Part shown: in pieces, positions 38,516 through 52,028 of the stretch
How positions within the stretch are numbered: the stretch's first letter is position 1
Layout: each line of letters starts with the position of its first letter
Assembly: GCA_977017645.1 (NCBI GenBank)
Contig: OZ360233.1
Location: 18,042,001-18,106,000 of the forward strand
Source: Torpedo marmorata
Taxonomy: Eukaryota
DNA length: 64,000 nucleotides
Direction of reading: 5' to 3'
Program-made: the position numbers and the translations under genes
Notes under the pieces: model-generated
The model's input: only the letters and a program-made list of their open reading frames with translations
Told to the model about the DNA's origin: nothing
Database searches by the model: none

Positions 38516-39223
38516 CGATTTGAGAATGAGGAAGGTGCCGTGCAGCGCCGCGATTTAGCCTTGCGTGAGCAAAGGCGTTTCTCTTCCTCCCCGTTCCGAG
38601 AAAAACGGGGATCAATGTGAACAGCGTTTTACCAGAGAGGAGCGGAGACAGGAAATGAAGGTAAAGAGAGTTAGCGAGAGACTGATAGAAATTTAGAGAG
38701 AGAGGAAGAGAGAGATTATGTTGAGCAGTGAGAGAGAGAGGGAGTGAATGGAAGAGGGAGGGATGTGATGGAGGAAGAGAGACGAAAACGCAAGGGAGGG
38801 TGACAGAGAGCGGTACTGAGAGAGAGTATGATAGTGAGTGAATGAGGGATACATTGAGTGAGGAGGATGGGGAGTGANNNNNNNNNNNNNNNNNNNNNNN
38901 NNNNNNNNNNNNNNNNNNNNNNNNNNNNNNNNNNNNNNNNNNNNNNNNNNNNNNNNNNNNNNNNNNNNNNNNNNNNNNNNNNNNNNNNNNNNNNNNNNNN
39001 NNNNNNNNNNAGAGAGGCGGAGAAACGCGAGAAGGACGGAGAATGGGAGCCGGTCGGCATTAACAACCTGCTCAATGGTAGCGTCAACCTGACCCAACAA
39101 GAAATGCTGTGCGACGAAAACGACCGGTGCGTCCCACGGGGTTGGATGCTCCTGACTTCACCCCATCTCGTATATCGGTGTAACATGAGGAAATGTTCTT
39201 CTTTTGACTTACACTCGGGCACC

Positions 39224-39668
39224 ATGTACCCCCTGATTTGTTTGCTGACTCTATCGGCCGTTCTGCCTGGTGAGTGTCTCTATGGTTTATCAGCACGTGT
39301 CCGCCCGGTTCAGCGATTCGTGTTTCGTTCTCGAAATGATTGGGGAAGTTTATGTAACCTATGGACCGCCGGAACGCATGACAGAGGAATTACAGACCGT
39401 GTCACTGAGCTGCAGTTATTTGATGAGTACCTCCGCACAGTTTTGGTACATTCAATATCCTGGAGAACCTCCCAGATTTTGATGAAAATGTAAAACTGCG
39501 GCGATGTGGTTACGCCTCAAGATTGCGGAAGAAGATGTCAGGTTTCTTTGAGACAAAGAGCCAGAGGGTCCACACTGACTGTCTACGGGACGCTTGAGTC
39601 GGACTCCGCCGTGTATATCTGCGTCGTGAAGCCCACTATTCCAGAACGATAACGGGTCAGTATAAAAC
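39224..39668 (+). pseudogene. TRAV: TRAV-like pseudogene, family B
   Basis: Same lesions as the 29657 copy. Confidence 0.85.
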
Positions 39669-40553
39669 GAAATCAAAATGGGCAGTGCCACCAGGGGGCG
39701 TGCTCTTCCCCCAACACAGTCCGGACCAGTGCACAGGACGGAGTCGGCAACTGTGCCTCCGGGGGAGAGTCGTCTCTAAAATGCAGCGCCGAGGTTTAGC
39801 CTCGCGTGATCAAGGACGTTTGTCTCACTCTCTGTTCCGAGGCGGAGGGGAGGAATTCAGAGAAAAGCGCTGAATCTGGTGGTCCGCCTTTTGCGAGAGA
39901 GGGGGAGAGACAGGATCTGCTGAGAAAGGGAGTGAGCGAAAGGGTGAAAGAAATTCAGTAGAAAGAAGGTGAGGAGTGAGAGAGAGTGAATGATAGAGAG
40001 AGATCGTGATTGACGAAGAGAGATATCACAGGAGGGAGGCAGTGGGGAGGGAGTGGTTAGTAAGGAATAGTGTGAAAATTATTTAATGAAGGAGACATTG
40101 AGAGTGCAAGAGCGGGAGAGGGACAGAGGGAATGTGTGACAGTGGGAGAAAGAGATTGAAGGGAGGGGAGCGATACGCACTGCTCTCGAAAGATTACATA
40201 AGTGTAAGACGGAGTCGCTTAGAGGTAGGAAGCTTAACAGAACGCGAGAAGGTGCGTGAGGGTGCAGGAAAACGAGTGAAGGTGCTGGAAAGGGCGGAAC
40301 GAGAGAAAAGAAGTGAGAGACGTGGGGAGTGTAAATATAGGTGGAGAAACACGTCCGAAAAAGTAGAAGAATGAGAAACGGCCAACATTAACAACCAGTT
40401 TTCATTGGTTCAACAACGGCGCTCTCTTGAGCCCATGTGCGAGGAGGGCACCTTCCTGTGTGTCCCAGAAGATGGGCTGCTACTAACGAGACCCCACTGT
40501 CTAATATCGGGGCGGAATATGGAAACATTCGGCTGTTCACCTTCATTCTGGGT

Positions 40554-41010
40554 TCCTCACCATCCAGTAGTTTGCTGATTCTATGGGCCGTTCCGCTTGG
40601 CGAGTCTCTGTCTGATTGATCAGCGCGTGTCCCTCCCGGCTCAGTGCAATTCCTCGCATATCACATACTGCGTGTTTCATTGCAGGCACAAATGTGGAAA
40701 ACTAGTGACCCACGGACCGATGGAACGGATGACCGCGGTAAGTGTCGCTGAGCTCCAGTTACCCGAAACAGGCTGCCGTATGTTTTTGGTACATTCAAAT
40801 TCCTTGGGGACTTCGATATATTTGGTGAAAATCTACAGCGCAGGAGATGAGGTTCCGTCTCACGATTGTCCGGACAGGATGACAGGTTCCTTGGAGAAAA
40901 GCGGCCGGATACCTCAATATCTCCAAAGCTCTTGAAGCAGACTTGGTCGTTTATGTCTGCGTGGTGCCGCTCACACTGTTCCTGGGATATTGCGGAGACG
41001 CACAAAATCT
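40554..41010 (+). pseudogene. TRAV: TRAV-like pseudogene, family C
   Basis: No ATG, frameshifts. RSS CACACTG 40972-40978, 23 bp, ACAAAATCT. Confidence 0.85.
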
Positions 41011-41430
41011 CATTCTCAGATGGGAAGTGGTTTGAGAGAAAATGGCAGAAAGAAGACGGGAGAGAGTGTTAAGGATTGCGAAAAGTTAAGCAGGTGAAAA
41101 CGTGAGACAGAGTGAGGTAGAACAATAGATCGAAAGAAGGGGAAAGAGGGTGGAGTGAGTGAAAGCGAGGGAGGAGATACACAGATGGAAGGAGAAAGAT
41201 GCGGCGAGTTTACAGATAGAGGATGAAATTTGCGTGAAGAACGCGGAACGAAATGCAGACTGTCTTATCAACTCGGTCTGATTGGTTCAATAATGGCCAC
41301 TCGAACCAATCCTGTGTGAGGGAAACACTCACATATCTGTCCTCGGCGTTGGTTCGCTCATAACATCGCCCCACCCCTTGTATAGCGGTAAAACAAAGAA
41401 ATATTCGATTTTGTCCTTAATCCGCGTACC

Positions 41431-41476
41431 ATGTCCTCCCTGAGTTGTTTGCTGATTCTGTGGGCCGTTCTGACTG
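41431..41476 (+). other. Orphan TCR V leader exon
   Basis: MSSLSCLLILWAVLT(G)|GTGAG. Confidence 0.8.
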
Positions 41477-41801
41477 GTGAGTCTGTCTGATTGGTCAGCG
41501 ACGTCTGTCCATCGTCCTTGCTCTACGAGTCTCCCTCTTTAACTTAATTAAAGGTGGACAATTCCCCCAAGTCAAACCCTCTCCGTCGCACGTTCTCCCA
41601 CCGTTTACTCATTTACACACTCTCTGTTTACTGAACTTCCTCACGGTCTCTCTGTCGCTCTATTTCTCTCTCCCTCTGTTCTCGTGAGAGGGAAACGGCC
41701 CGTGTCTCCAACAGAGTTCTGCTGCTTCCGTCGTGAGTTTGCGCTCTTCTATCGGGCGAGCATTTGTAAAATATTCTTCCTTCGAATTTAATCCGGGCAT
41801 C

Positions 41802-42227
41802 ATGTTCCTCCTTTGTCGTTCGCTGATTCTATGGGCCGTTCTGCCTGGTGAGACTGATTGATCAACACGAGTCCCGCGGGGTCAGTGCCGTTTCGCGCAG
41901 TTCACACATTCTGTCTTTTGTTGCAGGGGCCAGTGGGAACGATTCAGTGACCCAAGAACCCCCGGAATTGATTGTCAACGAAGGGCAGATCGTATCACTG
42001 AGCTGCAGTTACTCGATTAATCCCGCTGCATTTTTTTGGTACATTCAAAGACCTGGAGAATCTCCCAAATATTTGCTGAAAATCTACACGTCAGGAGATG
42101 TGGTTCCGTCTCCCGATTGTCCGGAGCGGATATCGGGTTCATTGGAGAAAAAGAGCCAGACATTCCACCTCAATAACTCGAAAACCCGTGTGGAGGATTC
42201 TGCCGTGTATCTCTGCGCCGTGGAGCT
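41802..42227 (+). CDS. TRAV: Intact TCR alpha/delta variable segment, family D (exons 41802-41847, 41927-42227)
   Basis: Leader + NDSVTQEPPE..CSYSINPAAFFWYIQ..YLCAVEL; open frame. Confidence 0.92.
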
Positions 42228-42266
42228 CACACTGTTCCAGGGCGGTGGCAGATCCGCACAAAAACT
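42228..42266 (+). promoter_or_regulatory. 23-RSS
   Basis: CACACTG + 23 bp + ACAAAAACT. Confidence 0.93.
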
Positions 42267-42544
42267 CACCTCGAGACATTGAATCGGACCCTATGGCTAG
42301 GGGGCGCTCTCGGCCACGCAATGGAAGCGACTACACGACCTTCCTGGAGAGTCTGCTGCAACGCCGAGATGCAGGATATTTGCCCTCCTCTGAGCGTTTC
42401 TCTTTCTCTGCGTCCTCTGTGTCTGATTCCGTTATTTGAGGTGGAAGGTAGGAAGTCAGGGAGAGAGAAGGAAATGGATAGCTGTTTCCAAGAATATTGT
42501 AGGAAAAGGGAAGGAGTGTTCTTGTGATGGAATTTGAGAGATTA

Positions 42545-43870
42545 AAAAAAGTGGTGTTGGTAGGACAGGAGCGTGGCCCCTCGGCCTGTCCTTCCTAAAA
42601 TCAACAAGCACCTTGGTCTTGGTGTCATTAAGAAAAAGATTGTTTATACTCCAGATGTAGCTACGACCCAATCCAATAACTGCGCTTTTCGGGGTTATTG
42701 ATCCTGACATAGGGAGTTTTTCTGTACCTGTTCAACGGGTTGTGGCCTTCTCTACATTGTTGGCTCGGAGAGCCATCCCATTCAAATGGAAAGACTCTAG
42801 ATCTCCAACAGTGTTTCAATATTTTCCTCGTAATTATGTCTTGTTTAAGCTTAGAAAAAATTAGAGATTATGTATTTGATTCATCGGTGAAATTTGAAGA
42901 TACATGGCGACCTTTTATGTCTTATTTTCATATGATGTAAGTGTTTCTAATGTGATTAGATGTATTTACTCTTCCTTTGTTTTTTGATTTACGGTAGGAA
43001 CCAAAAATTACAAAATATATATAACCTTCAGGATAAGCTGCTCAGCTGTTCTTTGTTAATTGTTTTTTTTTAAAATTAGTGTAGGTTCGGAGTTTTTTTT
43101 TAATATATAATAATTTTGATTTTTTAAAAAATTGTCACCTATTGCAGTGGAGTTGGGATCGAATTTATACTTTTTGAAGTTTTATTTTAATATTTATAAA
43201 TGTGTGATATTGTATTTTCAATTTCGTTCACTTTTCTTGATTGTATTATATTTCTTATAAAAATAAAAATACAAAGATTGAAAAAGAAAGATTGTTGTTC
43301 TGGAACCACCCAACCATGTTCTTGATTTCCATCCTGCATTCTGGCTCATCTTTTCCAGTTATTCACCCAACACTGGTGGTGTCGACATCTAATTTGTAGA
43401 TTGATTTGGAGCTGAACTTGGCTGCACAGTCATGGATGCCCATGGCATGGAGTGGGGGACAAAGCAGGCAGCCTTGGAGTGCTCCTGAGTTAATGGTCAG
43501 CGAGGAGGAGCTGATGTGGTTGATTAGCACTGTTTGGGTCTGCCAAAGAGGAATTCAAAGATCCAGTCGCAGTGGGATGGACAGAGTTCTAGATCCTTCA
43601 GCTTGGTCATAGGCTTTGCAGGTATGAGGGTGTTGAACGCCGAGCTGCAGTCAATGAGCAACAGCCCCACGAAGGTGTTTCTGTGGTCCAGGTGATTAAA
43701 TGCAGAGTGGAGAGTCAGCGATATTGCGCCGTCAGTTGACCTTTTGTGGCGATAGGTGAACTGAAGTGGGACCAGGTCCTTCCAGAGTTAGGAGTAAATT
43801 CGCTCCATAACCAAATTCTGAAAACACTTCATCACAGTCGGTCAACTTGCTCTTCTTGGGCAAGTCGGGG
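42545..43870 (-). mobile_element. Rex1/Babar fragment with an embedded L1/Tx1 3' end (~42645-43286, + strand), cassette 7
   Basis: Collinear with 26275-27570; AAAGATTGTT duplicated around the insert. Confidence 0.75.
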
Positions 43871-43887
43871 AGGGAGGAGATTGGAAG

Positions 43888-44560
43888 CAAATACACACCG
43901 AAATGCTGGAGGAACACAGCCGGTCTCGCAGCGTCCATAGGACGGACAGATATCTAACCAACGTTTCGGCCTAAGCCCTTTTTTCAAGAAATAAGCAAAG
44001 CTCAGGAAGGCGTCAGAATAAAAACTGACGATTGGCAGGTGGAGGAGTCCAGAATAACAGGTGTTACTTGGATATGGATGGAGGAGAAGTGAGAATTGAT
44101 CTTGGCTCTGTGAAGGGAGNNNNNNNNNNNNNNNNNNNNNNNNNNNNNNNNNNNNNNNNNNNNNNNNNNNNNNNNNNNNNNNNNNNNNNNNNNNNNNNNN
44201 NNNNNNNNNNNNNNNNNNNNNNNNNNNNNNNNNNNNNNNNNNNNNNNNNNNNNNNNNNNGGGGGAAAAGCGATGGGAGGAAGAACAACGTGGGATGTTTA
44301 AGGAAACATTGAGAAGTCGATGTTAATGCCATCCGGTTGGAGGGTGCCCAGACGGAGATGAGGTGTTGTTCCTCCAATTTGCGCGTGGTCACTGTCTGGC
44401 CGTGCATGAGACCACGGACAGACATGTCAGAAAGTGAGTGGATCGGGGAATTGAAATGGATGGTCACTGGGAGATCCACGTTTTGAGTCGGAGAGAGACG
44501 AGGTGCTCGACAAAGCGATCTCAGAATCTGCTCCCAGTGTCTGCGATGTAGAGGAGACAA
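43888..44560 (-). mobile_element. Penelope-like element fragment (cassette 7)
   Basis: DLPVTIHFNSPIHS..RKLEEQHLI; contains N run 44120-44259. Confidence 0.8.
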
Positions 44561-44794
44561 GAGCAGACTGGAAAAGAAGCATGTGCGGGAAGGGCAGAGA
44601 AAGACAACCAGAGAGACTGCATTTAGACCTGCTCGTTTATATTGGATCAGCGCAGCGTCACCCAGAGCGATTGACCAATCCTGTGCGAGGGAAAGCCACC
44701 ACTCTCGGAGCGGCGGCTACTGCTGACGTGAAGTTGTAAATATAGCAGGACATCATGTTAGAAAATATTCATCCTTTGACCTTCATTCGGCACC

Positions 44795-45260
44795 ATGTCC
44801 CTCAAGAGGTACCTGCTGATTGTATGGGCCATTCTGGCAGGTGAGTCTCTGATGAGACAGTGCGTCCCGCGGATTCAGCGCAATCCCGTGCCGCTCACAC
44901 AGTCCGTGTTTCATTCCAGACACGAGTGCGGATGAATCCGTGACCCAAGGACCGCCGGAAATGACGGCCGAGGAAAGGCAGACCGTGCCACTGAGCTGTA
45001 GTTATTCGACGAATCAATCCGCATATTTTTGGTACCTTCAACATCTTGGAGAACCTTCCAAATATTTGCTGAAAATGTACAGCTCGGAAGAAGTAGTTCC
45101 GTCTCACGATTGTCGGGATCGGATGTCGGGTTCTTTGGAGAAAAAAGAGCCAGCGCTTTCACTTGACTATCTCTGGGGCTCTTGTGGAGGACTCCGCCGT
45201 GTATTTCTGCGCCTTGCGGCCCACACTGTTCCTGGGCGATGACGGATCCGCACAAAAACT
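44795..45260 (+). pseudogene. TRAV: TRAV-like family A segment with a single +1 A frameshift
   Basis: Intact leader and splice sites; extra A in the run near 45141-45147. RSS 45222-45260 intact. Confidence 0.85.
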
Positions 45261-45414
45261 CGATTTGAGAATGAGGAAGGTGCCGTGCAGCGCCGCGATT
45301 TACCCTTGCGTGAGAAAAGTCGTTCCTCTTCCTCCCCGTTCCGAGAAAAACGGGGATCAATGTGAACAACGTTTTTACAGAGAGCAGCGGAGACAGGCAA
45401 TAAAGGGAAAGGGA

Positions 45415-48400
45415 AGAAATTACATTCTAATTTTTTGCAAACATATAGAATGGAAAAAGTAATTGAGAAAACTAAACAAAGATATTATGAATTAGGAGAA
45501 AGAGCACATAAGGTTTTGGCATGGCAATTGAAAAAAAACAAGTTTCTAAAACTATAAATACTATAAGGAAGAAAAATACTGGAGAAATAACTTATAAACC
45601 TCAAGAGATAAATGAATTTTTAAAAGACTATTATCAGAATTTATATAGATCGCAGATTGATCAAGACGATTCTAAAATTAATATATTCCTATCTATAATC
45701 ACATTACCTAAATTGAATTTTCAGAGTAGAGATTCTTTAGATTCGCCTTTTACAATGAGGGAAGTTAGTGAAGTTTTTTCTTCGTTGAAGAGTGGTAAAT
45801 CTCCGGGTGATGATGGGTTTTCATCAGAATTTTATAAAGAATTTAAAGATTTATTAATACCTCCATATATGGAAGTATTAGATCAAATTACGGAAACTCA
45901 TTCATTACCGAAAACATTTGTAAATGCTATAATTACAGTTATACCAAAGAAGGATAGAGATGTATTAAAAACTGAATCATATAGACCTATTTCATTATTA
46001 AATGTAGATTATAAAATAATGGCAAACATTTTAGCAAATAGAATGGCTAAATATTTGCCATATTTGATACATCTAGACCAAGCTGGTTTTATTAAAAATA
46101 GATATTCAAAGGATAATATAGCTAGATTAATTAGTTTAATTAGTTTGCATAAAAAGAAACAAGATTTACCATTAGTTGTAACATTAGATGCTGAAAAGGC
46201 TTTTGATAGATCAGAATGGATTTTTTTATTTAAGGTATTAGAAAACTTTGGTTTTGGAAATACATTTATAATTTGGATTAAAACTATATATAAAGAACCA
46301 TCAGCTAAAGTAATTACAAATGGACAAATATCGCCAAAATTTTCTTTGACACGTTCTACGAGACAGGGATGTCCCCTGTCACCAGCTTTATTTGTTTTGG
46401 CGATAGAACCCTTGGCTGAATTAGTTAGAAAAGATCCTAAAATAGTGGGTATTAAAGTTGGTATGGAAGAACATAAGATTAGTTTGTTCGCAGACGATGT
46501 ATTGATATATATGACAAAATCTATTATATCACTTCAACAATTATCTATTATATTAAGAGAATATGGTGAAATGTCTGGATATAAAATTAATTCGTATAAA
46601 AGTGAAATAATGGCTTTAACTCAAGGTGATTACACTAGATGTAAAGAAATTACACAATTTAAATGGGCTAAAGAAGGAATTAAATATTTGGGGGTTAAGA
46701 TTGATACAAAATTGGAAAATTTATATAAATTAAATTATCTACCATTATTTGTGAAAATAAAGAAAGATTTAGAGAATTGGAAAGATTTACCCATAACTTT
46801 AATGGAAAGGGTAAATTGTATTAAAATGAATATTGTTCCAAGAGTTCAGTATCTTTTTCAATCAATTCCTTTTGGAATTCCTCAAAATTTTTTTAAAGAT
46901 TTAAATTTTATTATTAGGAAATTTTTATGGAAAGGAAAGTTAGCAAGAGTAAGCATGGAAAAGTTAACCTGGAATTATGAGTTGGGTGGATTGCAACTTC
47001 CTAATTTTCAAAATTATTATAAAGCAGCCCAATTAAAATTTGTTAATGAATTTTTTGATTCAACTAAAACTTCTGCTTGGATTAAAATAGAATTAAATAA
47101 TATAGGAGAAAATTTTAAAGAAGAAATTATTTATAAATGGGATTCTAAATTAATATTATTAAAAAAGAAAAATTCACCGATTATTAAACTCTTGTTAGAA
47201 ATATGGGGTAAGATGGATAAAGAGATAGGTGGAAGAGGATTAATTTCTTCAAATATGCCACTATATCAAAATGGACTTATATCATTTACTGTTAATAATC
47301 AGTTATTTACAATTTGGTTTCAAAAAGGTATTAAGAAGATTAATGATTGTTTTGAAGCTTGAAAATTTATCACGTTTCAAAGAATGAAAGATAAATTTAA
47401 TATACCAGATAATACATTTTTAGCTTATTATCAAGTTAAAGCTTTTTTAATTGAGAAATTAGGTCATGCTTTGATTTTACCAAGACAAAATGAATTAGAA
47501 TTATTAGTTACTAATGGAGAAGTTAACAAAATTTATTTCTCAAATGTATAAATTATTTCAGAGGAAAATGCCCAAAATAGGATTGCATAAATCAAGATTA
47601 AAATGGGAATTAGATTTAAATGTAAATATAAATGAAAATCATTCGAAAGATTTATGTAAGTTAAGTATGACGAAAATTATTAATGTTAGATCTTTCATCA
47701 ATTATATTTAACACCTAAAAAATTAAAGAAATTTAATCCGACATTATCAGGATTATGTTTTAGATGTAATAATGAGGAAGGTTCTTTTGTCCATTCTACA
47801 TGGTTTTGTCCAAAGATTCAAGATGTTTGGTTGAAAGTTAAACATTTTTTAGACAAAATATTTAATATTACATTTCCAATGGATCGTATGTTATTTTTAT
47901 TTGGAGATATTAGAAAATTTAGTATTAAAAAGAAATTAAATATGTTTCAAGTAGAATTTTTACGAATTGCTTTAGCGGTTTCAAAAAAATGCATTGCTAT
48001 TACTTGGAAATCTGACTTAGATTTAGGATTAGAAAGATGGCATGCAGAGCTCCGTTCGTGTATACCACTGGAAAAACCTACTTATAATTTACGTAATAAA
48101 TATCATTTCTTCTTGAAAATTTGGAGCCCATATACGAGAGCTGTGGGTTTAAGGATCTGAAGATCTCTAGATATCGGATCTACTGGCATACTTGACCTCC
48201 GTAATAGAATTAGTTTATAGATGATATTCCCCTTATTCTATTTTTTTCCTTTCTTTCTTTTTTTCTATATTTATTTTTACTTTTACTTTATATAACTAGA
48301 TTAGTGGGGATGGGGGATTTAGGGAGGGGAGGGAGGGTGGGGGGGGGTGAAAATGCATCACATGTATTTTGACAATTTTATATTTTACTTTATGTATTTT

Positions 48401-48444
48401 GTGATTTAAAAGTTTAAATAAAATAAAAAATAAAAAAAATAAAA
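45415..48444 (+). mobile_element. 5'-truncated L1/Tx1-clade LINE with A-rich tail and 16-bp TSD
   Basis: 613-aa RT ORF at 45521-47362 (LDAEKAFD, RQGCPLSP, LFADD) and C-terminus at 47831-48160. TSD AATAAAGGGAAAGGGA at 45399-45414 and 48445-48460. Empty paralogous site near 29120. Confidence 0.95.
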
Positions 48445-48681
48445 AATAAAGGGAAAGGGAGTTAGCGAGAGATTGATAGCAATTGAGAGGGAGAGAGGAA
48501 GAAAGATTAAGTTGAGCAGTGAGAGAGAGAGAGAGAGGGAGTGAATGGATGTGATGGACGAAGAGAGACGAAAACGCAAGGGATGGCGACCGAGAGCGGT
48601 ACTGAGAGAAAGTATGATAGTGAGTGAATGAGGGATACATTGGGCGAGGAGGATGGGGAGTGAGCGGGAGTGGGTTCAGAA

Positions 48682-48712
<31 letters not shown>

Positions 48713-48965
48713 CAGAGCGAGAGCGAGAGAATGAGTGAGAGATGTTGAGTATACAGAGAGTCGGAGAAACGCGAGGGAGAGAGAATGGGAGACGGTCGGC
48801 ATTAACAACCTGCTCAATGGTAGCGTCAACCTGGCCAAACAAGAAATGCTGTGCGACGAACACGGCCGGTGCGTCCCACGGGGTTGGATGCTCCTGACTT
48901 CACCCCATTTCGTATATCTGGGTAACATGAGGAAATGTTCTTCTTTTGACTTACATTCGGGCACC

Positions 48966-49409
48966 ATGTACCCCCTGATTTGTTTGCTGACTCTATCGGC
49001 CGTTCTGCCTGGTGAGTGTCTCTCTGGTTTATCAGCACGTGTCCGCCCGGTTCAGCGATTCGTGTTTAGTTCTCGAAATGATTGGGTAAGTTTACGTAAC
49101 CTATGGACCGCCGGAACGCATGACAGAGGAATTACAGACCGTGTCACTGAGCTGCAGTTACTTGATGAGTACCTCCGCACAGTTTTGGTACATTCAATAT
49201 CCTGCAGAACGTCCAAGATTTTGATGAAAATGTACAGCTGCGGCGATGTGGTTACGCCTCAAGATTGCGGAAGAAGATGTCGGGTTTCTTTGAGACAAAG
49301 AGCCAGAGGGTCCACTTGACTGTCCACGGGACGCTTGAGTCGGACTCCGCCGTGTATATCTGCGTCGTGAAGCCCACTATTCCCTAGCGATACCGAGTCA
49401 GTATAAAAC
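48966..49409 (+). pseudogene. TRAV: TRAV-like pseudogene, family B
   Basis: Leader MYPLICLLTLSAVLPG; acceptor lost, frameshift, degenerate RSS. Confidence 0.85.
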
Positions 49410-50294
49410 GAAATCGAAATGGGCAGTGCCACCAGGGGGCGTGCTCTTCCCCCAACACAGTGCGGACCAGTGCACAGGACGGAGTCGGCAACTGTGCCTC
49501 CGGGCGAGAGTCGTCTCTAAAATGCAGCGCCGAGGTTGAGCCTCGCGTGATCAAGGAGGTTTGTCTCACCATTGTTCCGAGGCAGAGGGGAGGAATTCAG
49601 AGAAAAGCGTGGAATCTGGTGGTCCGCCTTTTGAGAGAGAGGGGGAGACACAGGATCTGCTGAGATAGGGAGTGAGCGAAAGGGTGAAAGAAGTTCAGTG
49701 AGAAAGAAGGTGAGGAGTGAGAGAGAGTGAATGAAAGGGAGAGATCGTGATTGACGAAGAGAGATATCACAGGAGGGAGGCAGTGGGGAAGGAGTGGTAG
49801 GTAAGGAAGAGTGTGAAAATTATTTAATGCAGGAGACATTGAGAGTGCAACAGCGGGAGAGGGACAGAGGGAATGTGTGACAGTGGGAGAAAGAGGTTGA
49901 AGGGAGGGGAGCGACAGGCACTGCTCTCGAAAGATTAAATAAGTGTAAGACGGAGTCGCGTAGAGGTAGGAAGCTTAACAGAACGCGAGAAGGGGCGTGA
50001 GGGTGCAGGAAAACGAGTGAAGGTGATGGAAAGGGCGGAACGAGAGAAAAGAAGAGAGAGACGTGGGGAGTGTAAATATAGGTGGCGAAACACGTCCGAA
50101 AAAGACGGAGAATGAGAAACGGCCAACATTAACAACCAGTTTTCATTGGTTCAACAACGGCGCTCTCTAGAGCCCATGTGCGAGGAGTGCACCCTCCTGT
50201 GTGTCCCAGAGGACGGGCTGCTACTAACGAGACCCCTCTGTCTTATATCGGGGCGGAATATGGAAATATTCGGCTGTTCACCTTCATTCTGGGT

Positions 50295-50749
50295 TCCTCA
50301 CCATCCAGTAGTTTGCTGATTCTATGGGCCGTTCTGCTTGGCGAGTCTCTGTCTGATTGGTCAGCGCGTGTCCCTCCCGGCTCAGCGCAATTCCTCGCAT
50401 ATCACACACTGCGTGTTTCATTCCAGGCACAAATGTGGAAAACTGGTGACCCACGGACCGACGGAACGGATGGGCGCACGAAGTGTCGCTGACCTCCATT
50501 TAGCCGAAAAAGGTTACCGTATGTTTTTGGTACATTCAAATTCCGTGGGGACTTCGATATATTTGGTGAAAATCTACAGCGCAGGAGATGAGGTTCCGTG
50601 TCACGATTGTCCGGACAGGATGACGGGTTCCTTGGAGAAAAGGGGCCGGTAACCTCAATATCTCCGAAGCTCTTGAAGCGGACGTGGCCGTTTATGTGCG
50701 CGTTGCGGCTCACACTGTTCCTGGGATATTGTGGAGACGCACTAAAGCT
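50295..50749 (+). pseudogene. TRAV: TRAV-like pseudogene, family C
   Basis: No ATG, frameshifts. RSS CACACTG 50711-50717, 23 bp, ACTAAAGCT. Confidence 0.85.
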
Positions 50750-51169
50750 CATTCTGAGATGGGAAGTGGTTTGAAAGAAAATGGCAGAAAGAAGACGGGA
50801 GAGCGTGTTAAGGATTGCGAAAAGTTAAGCAGGTGAAAACGTGAGACAGAGTGAGGTAGAGCAATAGAACGAAAGAAGGGGAGTGAGAGTGGAGTGAGTG
50901 AAAGGGAGGGAAGAGATACACAGATGGAAGGAGAAAGATGCGGCGAGTGTACAGATAGAGGGTGATATTTGCGTGAAGAACGGGGATCGAGATACAGACT
51001 GTCTTATAAACTCGGTCTGATTGGTTCAATAATGGCCACTCGAACCAATCCTGTGTGAGGGAAACACTCACATATCTGTCCTAGGCGTTGGTTCGCTCAT
51101 AACATCGCCCCACCCCTTGTATAGCGGTAACACAAAGAACTATTCGATTTTGACCTTAATCCGCGTACC

Positions 51170-51215
51170 ATGTCCTCCCTGAGTTGTTTGCTGATTCTGT
51201 GGGCCGTTCTGACTG
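51170..51215 (+). other. Orphan TCR V leader exon
   Basis: MSSLSCLLILWAVLT(G)|GTGAG. Confidence 0.8.
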
Positions 51216-51563
51216 GTGAGTCTGTCTGATTGGTCAGCGACGTCTGTCCATCGTCCTTGCTCTACGAGTCTCACTCTTTAACTTAATTAAAGGTGGACAA
51301 TTTCCACAAGTCAAACCCTCTCCGTCGCATGTTCTCCCACCGTTTACTCATTAAACACTCTCTGTTTACTGAACTTCATCACGGTCGCTCAGTCTCTGTA
51401 TCTCTGTCGCTCTATCTCTCTCTCTCTCGCTCCTCGCAGTTCTCGTGAGAGGGAAACGGCCCGTGTCTCCAAAAGAGTTTCTGCTGCTTCCGACGTGAAT
51501 TTGCGCTCTTCTATCGGGCGAGCATTTGTAAAATAACCTTCCTTCGAATTTAATCCGGGCATC

Positions 51564-51989
51564 ATGTTCCTGCTTTGTCGTTCCCTGATTCTATGGGCCG
51601 TTCTGCCTGGTGAGACTGATTGATCAACACGTGTCCCGCGGGGTCAGTGCCGTTTCGCGCCGTTCACACATTCTGTCTTTTGTTCCAGCGGCGAATGGGA
51701 ACGATTCAGTGACCCAAGAACCCCCGGAATTGATTGTCAATGAAGGGCAGATCGTATCACTGAGCTGCAGTTACTCGATGAATCCCGATGCATATTTTTG
51801 GTACATTCAACGTCCTGGAGAATCTCCCAAATATTTGCTGAAAAGCTACATGTCAGGAGATGTGGTTCCGTCGCCCGATTGTCCGGAGAGGATATCGGGT
51901 TCATTGGAGAAAAAGAGCCAAACATTCCACCTCAATAACTCGAAAACCGTTGTGGAGGATTCCGCCGTGTATCTCTGCGCCGTGGAGCT
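51564..51989 (+). CDS. TRAV: Intact TCR alpha/delta variable segment, family D (exons 51564-51609, 51689-51989)
   Basis: Leader + NDSVTQEPPE..MNPDAYFWYIQ..KSYMSG..YLCAVEL; close paralog of the 20359 gene. Confidence 0.92.
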
Positions 51990-52028
51990 CACACTGTTCC
52001 AATGCGGTGGTGGATTCGCACAAAAACT
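51990..52028 (+). promoter_or_regulatory. 23-RSS
   Basis: CACACTG + 23 bp + ACAAAAACT. Confidence 0.93.

Noticed and set aside
27837-44259. Four N runs (27837-27984, 37371-37516, 38878-39010, 44120-44259) as hidden features
   Set aside because: The paralogous positions (59610-59700, 29380-29430) are GA microsatellites, so these are masked or unresolved simple repeats.
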